Shown here: piece by piece, positions 45,594 through 55,362 of the stretch
Numbering within the stretch: position 1 is the stretch's first letter
How the letters are laid out: the number at the start of each line of letters is the position of its first letter
From: an uncultured Acidimicrobiales bacterium
Lineage (GTDB): Bacteria > Actinomycetota > Acidimicrobiia > Acidimicrobiales > DATKAS01
Assembly: GCA_963802505.1 (NCBI GenBank)
Contig: CAWDJB010000003.1
Location: 413,938-477,937, forward strand
DNA: 64,000 nucleotides
Direction: 5' to 3'
Translations under genes and position numbers: made by a program
Notes under the pieces: model-generated
Told to the model about the DNA's origin: nothing
Seen by the model: the letters and a program-made list of their open reading frames with translations, nothing else
The model's database searches: none

Positions 45594-45716
45594 GGCCTCG
45601 CCCGGATCCCGGGACCCCCGGGACGGCTCCGGCTTTCTGTGTTGCAAAGTGCGCCAGATGTGGCGCGTTCTGCAGCAGAGAACGGGGTGGGCGGAGGCCT
45701 GAGAGGGCCCCAATCC

Positions 45717-45745
45717 TTGACCGAACAGCTGTTCGAAACTACAGT
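45717..45745 (+). promoter_or_regulatory. recA LexA-controlled promoter: TTGACC (-35), SOS box CGAACAGCTGTTCG, TACAGT (-10)
   Basis: -35 at 45717-45722, box at 45722-45735 (a perfect CGAAC-N4-GTTCG palindrome), -10 at 45740-45745, 17-nt spacer. Confidence 0.7.
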
Positions 45746-45787
45746 CATGTGAGTCCGGCGCAGGAGCCCGAACGACCCTCGGCAGGG

Positions 45788-45811
45788 AATGTCACACCCC
45801 CTCTGTACGGT
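45788..45811 (+). promoter_or_regulatory. Second recA promoter-like element TGTCACAC-N8-TACGGT (copy 2 of the 20-nt inverted repeat)
   Basis: AATGTCACACCCCCTCTGTACGGT. The first 20 nt are the exact reverse complement of 11606-11625. About 60 nt upstream of recA GTG 45871. Confidence 0.45.
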
Positions 45812-45870
45812 CGCCTTCCAAGCAAACGAGCGGCCGCCGGGGGGCGGTTGGCGAGACGAAAGGACGGCGC

Positions 45871-46929
<1,059 letters not shown>

Positions 46930-47055
46930 CCGCGTTCCTCGCACCGCGCTCCGCGTTCTGGCATGCTCGCCCCGAGGGGGTGGCGCATGGTTGACTGTGT
47001 GTCGAGCGGAGTACCCGGCCAGACCGGTCGGTTCGGCGACACGACGCGACGGTGA

Positions 47056-47454
47056 ATGGAAACGCTCAAAGTCTCGACCCGATCACATCCGAACTCGGTA
47101 GCGGGAGCGATTGCGGGGCTGCTTCGACGCGAGGGCGTCGCCGTTCTGACTGTCGTCGGCGCAGGGGCGCTGAATCAGGCCATCAAGGCACTCGCGATCA
47201 CGCGTGATCACGTCTTGGGGGAGGGGATCGACCCGGTGTGCATCCCCTCCTTCACCGAGGTCGACATCGAGGGTGTGACTCGCACTGCCATTCTCTTGCG
47301 CGTCGAGGATCGCTCACGTGGCGTCGCGGCCGTCACTCGGCCCGACGTCATCGATTTGCGCGATCACCTCAGTGAGCTCGCCGGCGACCCGAGCGCCGAC
47401 TACGACGATGCCGCGTCCCCGCACCCGCCTCACGGAGCGGTCGCGGCGGGCTGA
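47056..47454 (+). CDS. SpoVS-like protein with a ~45-aa C-terminal extension
   Basis: The first ~87 aa (METLKVSTRSHPNSVAGAIAGLLRREGVAVLTVVGAGALNQAIKALAITRDHVLGEGIDPVCIPSFTEVDIEG..RTAILLRVE) are colinear with Bacillus SpoVS as I recall it. Confidence 0.8.
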   Translation: METLKVSTRSHPNSVAGAIAGLLRREGVAVLTVVGAGALNQAIKALAITRDHVLGEGIDPVCIPSFTEVDIEGVTRTAILLRVEDRSRGVAAVTRPDVIDLRDHLSELAGDPSADYDDAASPHPPHGAVAAG

Positions 47455-47474
47455 CCGGCGCCTAACCTGAGCGG

Positions 47475-48890
47475 GTGAGCCGCTCGTACTTCGTGCGCAC
47501 CTTCGGGTGCCAGATGAACGAGCACGACTCCGAGCGGATCGCCGGGCTTCTCGAGGCCGATGGCCTCGTCGCGGCGGCCGATGCCGAGCAGGCCGATGTC
47601 GTCGTCCTCAACAGCTGCTGCATCCGAGAGAACGCCGACAACAAGCTCTACGGAAACCTCGGCGTTCTGAAGGCCGTGAAAGATCGCCGCCCCGGCATGC
47701 AGATCGTGGTGAGCGGGTGCCTGGCGCAGAACGAGGGCGACGCGATCCGCGCGAAGGCGCCGTGGGTGGACGTCGTCTTCGGCACCCACAACGTCCATCG
47801 CGCCGCGGACCTCATCGAGCTGTCGCGAGCGCAGGGGCCGATCGTCGAGGTGCTCGAGGCGGCCGCTGCCGATGACGCGACTGCGTTCCCAACGGCGCTC
47901 CCCGCCCAGCGCGAGCAGGGCCACAGCGCGTGGGTCACGATCCAGGTCGGATGTGACAACTCGTGCGCGTTCTGCATCGTCCCCGCAGTCCGTGGTCCGG
48001 AGATCAGCCGACCGTTCGCCGCGCTCGTCGCCGAGGTCGAGGCGCTCGCGGCCGAAGGCGTCACCGAGGTCACGTTGCTCGGGCAGAACGTCAACTCCTA
48101 CGGCCGCGACCTGACGCTGGCAGCGCGGCGCACCGGCGCGACCGGCTCCGTACGCCCTCTCTTCGCCGACCTCTTGCGTGCCGTCGGTGAGGTCGACGGC
48201 ATCCGCAGAGTTCGGTTCACGAGCCCGCACCCGAAGGATCTGCGACCCGACGTGATCGAGGCGATGGCGACGACGAGCGCAGTGTGCGAGCACCTGCACC
48301 TCCCGCTGCAGTCGGGCAGTGACCGCACGCTCGCGGCGATGCATCGGGGCTACAACGCGGCGCGCTACCTCGATCGGCTCGCGGCGGCGCGTGCGGCGGT
48401 CGACGACCTCGCGGTCACCACCGACCTCATCGTCGGCTTCCCCGGCGAGACGGACGACGACTTCGAGCGCACTCTCGAGGTGGTCGCGGAGGCGCAGTAC
48501 GACAGCGCCTACACCTTCATCTTCTCGCCGCGGCCCGGCACCGAGGCCGCGGGCATGGTCGATCAGTTCGTCGCGCCCGAGGTGTGCGCGGAACGGTTCG
48601 ATCGGCTGCGGGTCGTGGTCGAGCGGTCGGCGCTCGCCCGGCACGTTGCGCGCGTCGGACGCGACGAGGAAGTCGTCGTCGAAGGACCGAGCAAGCGCGA
48701 TCCCTCGGTGACGACGGGGCGCACCCGGCAGAACAAGCTCGTGCACTTCGCGCCGCCGTCGCCGATCCGGCCGGGCACCTACGCCCGGGTGCACGTCACG
48801 AGCGCGGCGGCGCATTACCTCCACGGCACGTTTGTCGAGCTGCTCGAGCCGGCGCGGCACCGCACCCGCATCCCGGTGGTCGCGCACTGA
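47475..48890 (+). CDS. miaB: tRNA-2-methylthio-N6-dimethylallyladenosine synthase
   Basis: YFVRTFGCQMNEHDSERIAG, radical-SAM CDNSCAFC, and a C-terminal TRAM domain. Confidence 0.9.
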   Translation: MSRSYFVRTFGCQMNEHDSERIAGLLEADGLVAAADAEQADVVVLNSCCIRENADNKLYGNLGVLKAVKDRRPGMQIVVSGCLAQNEGDAIRAKAPWVDVVFGTHNVHRAADLIELSRAQGPIVEVLEAAAADDATAFPTALPAQREQGHSAWVTIQVGCDNSCAFCIVPAVRGPEISRPFAALVAEVEALAAEGVTEVTLLGQNVNSYGRDLTLAARRTGATGSVRPLFADLLRAVGEVDGIRRVRFTSPHPKDLRPDVIEAMATTSAVCEHLHLPLQSGSDRTLAAMHRGYNAARYLDRLAAARAAVDDLAVTTDLIVGFPGETDDDFERTLEVVAEAQYDSAYTFIFSPRPGTEAAGMVDQFVAPEVCAERFDRLRVVVERSALARHVARVGRDEEVVVEGPSKRDPSVTTGRTRQNKLVHFAPPSPIRPGTYARVHVTSAAAHYLHGTFVELLEPARHRTRIPVVAH

Positions 48891-49816
48891 GCACGGACGC
48901 ACCGGCTCCGTTCGCGATCGTCGGATCGACCGGCACCGGCAAGTCGGCCCTCGCGATGGCCGTCGCGCGAGTGGTGCCGGGCGTCGAGATCATCTCGGTC
49001 GATTCGATGCAGGTGTACCGGGGGATGGACATCGGCACCGCGAAGCCGACGCCCGCCGAGCAGCGAGCGATCCCGCATCACCTCATCGACGTCGCCGATC
49101 CGTCGGAGGACTACACGGTCGTCGCGTTCCGCCGGAGCGCTGATGCCGCTCTCGCCGACATCGAGCAACGCGCGCACCGCGCGTTGCTCGTGGGCGGCAC
49201 CGGCCTCTACCTCAGGGCGGTCGTCGATCGTCTCGAACCACCGGGTGAGTGGCCGTTGATTCGCAAGGAGCTCGAGTGGGAACGCGACGTCGCCTCGCTC
49301 CACGCTCGGCTCGACGCGATCGATCCGGTCGCCGCCTCGCGGATGACGCCGACGAACCGGCGCCGGGTGATCAGAGCGCTCGAGGTGTCGCTCGGCAGCG
49401 GACGCCCTTTCTCGTCGTTCGGACCTGGGCTCATGAGCTACGACACGACCGAGGTCACCCAGATCGGCCTGCGCGTGCCTCGAGCGGTCCTCACCGAGCG
49501 CATCCGCGAGCGGTTCGACGCGCAGATGGCGGCCGGGTTCCTCGACGAAGTCGCCGCGCTCGCCACGAGACCGGGCGGCCTCTCTCGCACCGCGTCACAA
49601 GCACTCGGCTATCGCGAGCTGCTCGCGCATCTGCGGGGTGACATCGGTCTCGACGACGCGATCGCTCTGGCGATCACGCGCACCCGCCAATTCGCCGTGC
49701 GGCAAGAGCGCTGGTTCCGCCGCGACCCCCGGATCACGTGGCTCGACGAGACCGAGCTGGCGAATCAGGTGGAGTCGGTGCTGAGCATCCTGGGAGACTC
49801 GGCTCAATGCACCTGA
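48887..49816 (+). CDS. miaA: tRNA dimethylallyltransferase; start uncertain
   Basis: FAIVGSTGTGKSALAMAVA (P-loop), ISVDSMQVYRGMDIGTAKPT, HHLIDV. No ATG/GTG lies near the N-terminus. CTG 48887 is a placeholder. Confidence 0.85.
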   Translation: MSTDAPAPFAIVGSTGTGKSALAMAVARVVPGVEIISVDSMQVYRGMDIGTAKPTPAEQRAIPHHLIDVADPSEDYTVVAFRRSADAALADIEQRAHRALLVGGTGLYLRAVVDRLEPPGEWPLIRKELEWERDVASLHARLDAIDPVAASRMTPTNRRRVIRALEVSLGSGRPFSSFGPGLMSYDTTEVTQIGLRVPRAVLTERIRERFDAQMAAGFLDEVAALATRPGGLSRTASQALGYRELLAHLRGDIGLDDAIALAITRTRQFAVRQERWFRRDPRITWLDETELANQVESVLSILGDSAQCT

Positions 49817-50604
49817 GCAAGCACCACGGGCTCGGCAACGACTTCCTCGTGCTGTTGCCCGACGACAACGTCCCGATGCCGGACGATGTCGCTGCCGCGC
49901 TCGCGCGCCGGCTCTGCCATCGCACGCGTGGCATCGGTGCGGACGGTCTCATCATCGGCGGTGCACCGGTGCGACGCATCGCCTGTGACCTCCAGATGTG
50001 GCTCTACAACGCGGACGGCTCGCATGCGGAGATGAGCGGCAACGGCATCCGCTGCCTCGCCCACGCGGTGCTGCGCAAGCGAGGGCTGACCGAGGCCACG
50101 CTGGCGATCTCGACCGACGCGGGGCTGCGGCGGGTCGACATCAAGGTCACGGGTCCTGCCGAGGCGTGGGCGAGCGTCGACATGGGCGCGATCGCCCCGG
50201 CCGATCCGCCTGATGGGTGGCACCGGCTCGATCTCGATTCGTCCCGACCGGTCGCGCACGTGTCGGTTGGCAACCCGCATGCGGTCGTCCTGGTCGACGA
50301 CGTGGACGGAGTCGACCTCGTCGCGGCCGGCACTGCCGTCCCCGACGTGAACCTCGAGATCATCGAGCCGGGCCCCGAGGCGAACGCGATCACGATGCGA
50401 GTGCACGAGCGAGGGGTCGGGATCACAGAGGCTTGCGGCACCGGCGCCTGCGCCGCGGCGTGGGCAGCGCGGGAGTGGGGGATCGCCGGCCATCGCGTTG
50501 TCGTGCACATGCTCGGAGGCGACGGCGAAGTCACGATCGACGGTGAGGGTGTCACCCTCGCCGGTCCCGCAGTCCACATCGCAGAGATCGAGGTGAGCGC
50601 GTGA
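49807..50604 (+). CDS. dapF: Diaminopimelate epimerase
   Basis: MHLSKHHGLGNDFLVLL, SGNGIRCLAH, ACGTGACAAA. Confidence 0.85.
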   Translation: MHLSKHHGLGNDFLVLLPDDNVPMPDDVAAALARRLCHRTRGIGADGLIIGGAPVRRIACDLQMWLYNADGSHAEMSGNGIRCLAHAVLRKRGLTEATLAISTDAGLRRVDIKVTGPAEAWASVDMGAIAPADPPDGWHRLDLDSSRPVAHVSVGNPHAVVLVDDVDGVDLVAAGTAVPDVNLEIIEPGPEANAITMRVHERGVGITEACGTGACAAAWAAREWGIAGHRVVVHMLGGDGEVTIDGEGVTLAGPAVHIAEIEVSA

Positions 50605-51869
50605 GTCTCATCGAGCGCGCGATACGTGAGCGCATCGTCCTCGTCGGCGTCACCCTGCCGCCGGCGCGTCTCGACGACACCGAGTCGAGCCTCGACGAGC
50701 TGTCACTGCTCATCGACACCGCGGGCGCGGAGGAAGCGGCGCGCATCGTCTCGCGCCGCGACCGTCCTGACCCGGCGACGTTCCTCGGCAAGGGGAAGGT
50801 GCAGGAGCTGCTCGAGGTCTGCCTGGAGGTCGACGCCGACACCGTCGTCTTCGACAACGAGCTCACGCCTGCTCAGCAGTTCAACCTCGAGAAGCTGCTC
50901 GGGCGCACGGCGATCGATCGCACCGCGGTGATCCTCGACATCTTCGCCCAGAACGCCCACACCCTCGAGGGCAAAGCCCAAGTCGAGCTGGCGCTCTTGC
51001 GCTATCGACTGCCTCGCCTGCGGCGCGGCCGCGCCGGAGGCCTCTCGCAGCAGGCGGGTCGCATCGGCACGAGAGGTCCTGGTGAGACGCAGCTCGAGAC
51101 CGACCGCCGTCGTCTGCAACGACGTATCACCAAGCTCGAGCAAGACCTCAAGTCCCTCGGCAAGACGCGCCACACCCAGCGCAAGGCGCGCACCCGCAGC
51201 CGGATGAGCGAGATCTCGATCGTCGGGTACACCAACGCGGGCAAGTCGACGTTGCTCAACCGGCTCACCGACGCAGGTGTGCTCGTCGAGAACCGCCTCT
51301 TCGCCACGCTCGACCCGTCCACGAAGCGACTGGAGCTCCCGGGCGGAGAGCCGGTGCTCGTGTCCGACACCGTCGGGTTCGTCCGCAAGCTGCCGCATCA
51401 GCTCGTCGAGGCGTTCAAGTCGACGCTCGAGACCGTCGCGTCCGCGGACCTGCTCGTGCACGTCGTCGATGCGTCCTCGCCCGATCCCGATGGCCAGATC
51501 GACGCCGTTCGGGTCGTGCTGCGGGAGATCGAAGGCGATCGGGTGCCCGAGCTGATCGTGTTCAACAAGGTCGACATCGCCAAGGACGCCGACCATCTCG
51601 TCGAGTCCCACCCGGGCTCGGGGGCGATCTCGGCCAAGACCGGCGAGGGGATCGATCACCTCCTGCTCACGATCAGCGACCGGCTGCGGGCCATGTCGGC
51701 GGTCGTCGAGCTCGTGATCCCGTACGAGCGCGGTGATGTGCTCGCCGAGCTCCATCGAGAAGGGGAGATCGTCTCCGAGTCGCACGACGACGACGGAGTG
51801 CGGGTGCGGGCTCGCCTCGATGCTGCCGCTCAGGGCCGGCTCGCCGAGTTCGCAGCGAGCACTCCGTGA
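50601..51869 (+). CDS. hflX: GTPase HflX
   Basis: The N-terminal HflX domain has GKGKVQEL and DNELTPAQQFNLEKLL. G-domain has VGYTNAGKSTLLNRLT, DTVGF, NKVD. Confidence 0.9.
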   Translation: MSLIERAIRERIVLVGVTLPPARLDDTESSLDELSLLIDTAGAEEAARIVSRRDRPDPATFLGKGKVQELLEVCLEVDADTVVFDNELTPAQQFNLEKLLGRTAIDRTAVILDIFAQNAHTLEGKAQVELALLRYRLPRLRRGRAGGLSQQAGRIGTRGPGETQLETDRRRLQRRITKLEQDLKSLGKTRHTQRKARTRSRMSEISIVGYTNAGKSTLLNRLTDAGVLVENRLFATLDPSTKRLELPGGEPVLVSDTVGFVRKLPHQLVEAFKSTLETVASADLLVHVVDASSPDPDGQIDAVRVVLREIEGDRVPELIVFNKVDIAKDADHLVESHPGSGAISAKTGEGIDHLLLTISDRLRAMSAVVELVIPYERGDVLAELHREGEIVSESHDDDGVRVRARLDAAAQGRLAEFAASTP

Positions 51870-52969
51870 CTGAGCCCTACGTCCCGCCGGCGTACCCCTA
51901 CGACCGGCTCGACGAGGTCGCCGCAGTCGCCGAGCGCCACGAAGGTGGCATGGTCGACCTGTCGGTCGGCACGCCCTGCGACCCTCCACCCGAGTCAGTC
52001 GTGCGCGCGCTCGCGTCGTCTGGCGCCGAGCGCGGCTATCCGCCCTCGATCGGCAGCCCTGCGCTGCGTGCTGCGGCGAGCAAGTGGATCGCCCGACGTT
52101 TCGATGTCGACGAGCCGCCCGCGCTCGCCGCGTGCATCGGCACCAAGGAGTTCGTCGGCACGCTTCCGCAGTGGTTGCATCTCCGTCGACCCGACCGCGA
52201 CACCGTCCTCTATCCGGCGGTGTGCTACCCGACGTACGAGATGGGCGCGATCTTCGCCCGCTGCCGCGCGGTGCCCGTGCCGGTCGACGACGCCTGGCGG
52301 CTCGACCTCAGCGCGATCGACGAAGCCGACGCAGCGCGCGCTCTGTGCTTGTGGGTGAACTCGCCGAGCAACCCGACGGGCGCGCTCGACGACCTCGCCG
52401 CCGCGGCAGCGTGGGGTCGTGCCCACGGCGTACCGGTGTTCAGCGACGAGTGCTACGCGGAGTTCACGTGGGACGGTCCGCCGCGATCGATCCTCGAGCA
52501 CGGCACCGACGGGCTCGTCGCGGTGCACTCGCTCTCGAAGCGATCGAACCTCGCGGGCGTGCGAGTGGGCTTCTACGCCGGTGACCCCGATCTCGTCACC
52601 TACCTGAGCGAGGTGCGCAAGCACGTCGGGATGATGGTGCCGGGGCCCGCGCAGGCGGCTGGCGTCGCGGCGCTCGAAGACACCGAGCACGTCGAGGTGC
52701 AGCGCGCTCGCTACCTCGCGCGTCTGGAACGCCTCGCGAAGGTGCTCTCCGATTGGTCGGGCGCGTCGGTGTCACTCCCGCCGGGCGGCTTCTACCTCTG
52801 GGTGAAGGCGCCCGACGGCGACGGCTGGGCGTTCACGCGTGCCATCGCCGAAGCCGCGGGCGCGCTCGTGAGCCCGGGCGACTTCTACGGTGCGCCTGAC
52901 CACGTGAGGATCGCGCTCGTGCAACCAGATGACCGAATCGAGCTCGTCGCTCAGCGGCTGAGCAGGTGA
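51866..52969 (+). CDS. dapC: PLP-dependent aminotransferase, probably succinyldiaminopimelate aminotransferase
   Basis: Class I aminotransferase pattern (NSPSNPTG, SLSKRSNLAGVRVG). The dap assignment is inferred from neighbourhood with dapF/dapD/dapE. Confidence 0.65.
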   Translation: MTEPYVPPAYPYDRLDEVAAVAERHEGGMVDLSVGTPCDPPPESVVRALASSGAERGYPPSIGSPALRAAASKWIARRFDVDEPPALAACIGTKEFVGTLPQWLHLRRPDRDTVLYPAVCYPTYEMGAIFARCRAVPVPVDDAWRLDLSAIDEADAARALCLWVNSPSNPTGALDDLAAAAAWGRAHGVPVFSDECYAEFTWDGPPRSILEHGTDGLVAVHSLSKRSNLAGVRVGFYAGDPDLVTYLSEVRKHVGMMVPGPAQAAGVAALEDTEHVEVQRARYLARLERLAKVLSDWSGASVSLPPGGFYLWVKAPDGDGWAFTRAIAEAAGALVSPGDFYGAPDHVRIALVQPDDRIELVAQRLSR

Positions 52970-52990
52970 CGTTGGGGTAACTTCACCGGC

Positions 52991-53416
52991 TTGCGGCCCC
53001 GGCGGATCGTCCTCCTTCTTGTCGTGCCGCTCTTGCTCGTGTTGGCGGCGTGCAACCCGGTCATGCAGCTCGACGCGATCACTCGCGTCAACGAGACGCG
53101 CACCGCGCTCGGTCGTCCTCCGCTTCGGGTCACTGATGAGCTCACCCGGAAGGCCCTGCTCGTCGCCGATCATCTCGCCGAGATCGGCCGCCTCGAGCAC
53201 TCGCCCGACTTGGCGGCCGGGATCACCGGACCGTATGGGCGCCTGGGTGAGAACGTGGGCTACGGAAGCTCGGTGGAGCAGATCCACACGATGCTCCTGC
53301 ACTCACCTGAGCACTTCTCGATCATGATCGACCCGCGCTACACCGAGATCGGCATCGGCATCACGGTCGGCGCGGACGGCACGGTGTACGAGGTCCAGGA
53401 GTACAAGGCTCCGTGA
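52991..53416 (+). CDS. CAP/SCP (PR-1-like) domain lipoprotein
   Basis: Lipobox LVLAAC. GENVGYG and LLHSPEHFSIMIDPRYTEIGIG are typical of CAP domains. TTG start. Confidence 0.6.
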   Translation: MRPRRIVLLLVVPLLLVLAACNPVMQLDAITRVNETRTALGRPPLRVTDELTRKALLVADHLAEIGRLEHSPDLAAGITGPYGRLGENVGYGSSVEQIHTMLLHSPEHFSIMIDPRYTEIGIGITVGADGTVYEVQEYKAP

Positions 53417-53457
53417 TCCCCGGGTCTCCCGTCGCGCTTCGCCGCTAGCCTGCGCGG

Positions 53458-54279
<822 letters not shown>

Positions 54280-54291
54280 CGAGGATGTCGC

Positions 54292-55362
54292 ATGGCCGAC
54301 CTTCTCGCCCTGACCGCTGAGCTTGTCGGCATCCCGTCGGTCAGCCACGACGAGGGAGCGATCACCGAGCGGATCAGAGGCGAGCTCTCGGCGACCCCGT
54401 GGCTGACCGTCGATGAGCTCGGCCACAACCTCGTCGCTCGCACCGATCTCGGCCGCTCGCTGCGTCTGGTGATCGCGGGGCACACCGACACCGTGCCGAT
54501 CAACGCCAACGGCGAGGCGAAGATCGAAGGCGACACGCTGTGGGGATGTGGGGCGTCCGACATGAAGTCGGGTCTGGCCGTGATGCTCGAGCTCGCGCGC
54601 TCGGTCTCAGACCCCGCCGTCGACCTCACGTTCGTCTTCTACGAGGCGGAGGAGGTCGACGCGATCCACAACGGGCTCGCGCGGCTGTTTCGCGATCGTC
54701 CCGACCTGATGGCTGGCGACGTCGCGCTTCTCGGCGAACCGACCGACGGCACGATCGAGGCCGGGTGCCAGGGCACGATGCGCGTCGAGCTCACCCTGGC
54801 CGGTGCCCGCGCCCACACCGCTCGTCCCTGGATGGGACGCAACGCCATTCACCGGTTGGGTCCGATCCTTCGACGGCTCGAATCGTTCGAGGAGCGCCGG
54901 CCCGTCATCGACGGTTGCGAGTACCGCGAGGCGGTGCAAGCCGTGTTCGTCGACGGGGGCGTGGCCGGCAACGTCGTGCCCGACCGAGCGCGGCTGCGGG
55001 TGAACCATCGCTTCGCACCTGATCACTCGGCGGTCGACGCCGAGGCGATGCTTCGCGAGCTGCTCTTCGTCGACGCAGATGACGGCGACACGTTCGAGGT
55101 TCTGGACTTCGCGGAGGGTGCGCCGCCTTCGCTCACGCACCCTTTGGTCCGAGCGCTGATCGAGAGGAACGGGCTCGAGGTGCGCGCCAAGCTCGGCTGG
55201 ACCGACGTTGCTCGCTTCGCCGCTCACGGCATCCCGGCGGCGAACTTCGGTCCGGGCGACGCCACTCTGGCGCACACTCGAGACGAGCATGTGCGCCGTC
55301 AGCCGATCGAGGCGACGTATGCCGCGCTGTACGACCTCGTGACGACGGGCTTGCCCGCATGA
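54292..55362 (+). CDS. dapE: Succinyl-diaminopimelate desuccinylase (M20 peptidase)
   Basis: GHTDTVP, GCGASDMKSGLA and HTRDEH are typical of the M20/DapE family. Confidence 0.8.
   Translation: MADLLALTAELVGIPSVSHDEGAITERIRGELSATPWLTVDELGHNLVARTDLGRSLRLVIAGHTDTVPINANGEAKIEGDTLWGCGASDMKSGLAVMLELARSVSDPAVDLTFVFYEAEEVDAIHNGLARLFRDRPDLMAGDVALLGEPTDGTIEAGCQGTMRVELTLAGARAHTARPWMGRNAIHRLGPILRRLESFEERRPVIDGCEYREAVQAVFVDGGVAGNVVPDRARLRVNHRFAPDHSAVDAEAMLRELLFVDADDGDTFEVLDFAEGAPPSLTHPLVRALIERNGLEVRAKLGWTDVARFAAHGIPAANFGPGDATLAHTRDEHVRRQPIEATYAALYDLVTTGLPA

Noticed and set aside
45594-45665. A possible intrinsic terminator after the ABC-2 permease gene (CCCGGG-ACC-CCCGGG and GCGCCA-GATG-TGGCGC hairpins).
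   Set aside because: The stems are short (6 bp) and no convincing U-tract follows. Not reported as a terminator.
46930-47055. A possible hairpin or terminator after recA (CGCCCC-GAG-GGGGTG), and a TGTC-type promoter for the SpoVS-like gene.
   Set aside because: The stem is imperfect and needs a G-U pair, and the T-tract is weak. TGTCGAGC-N8 is not followed by TAnnnT. Too weak to call.
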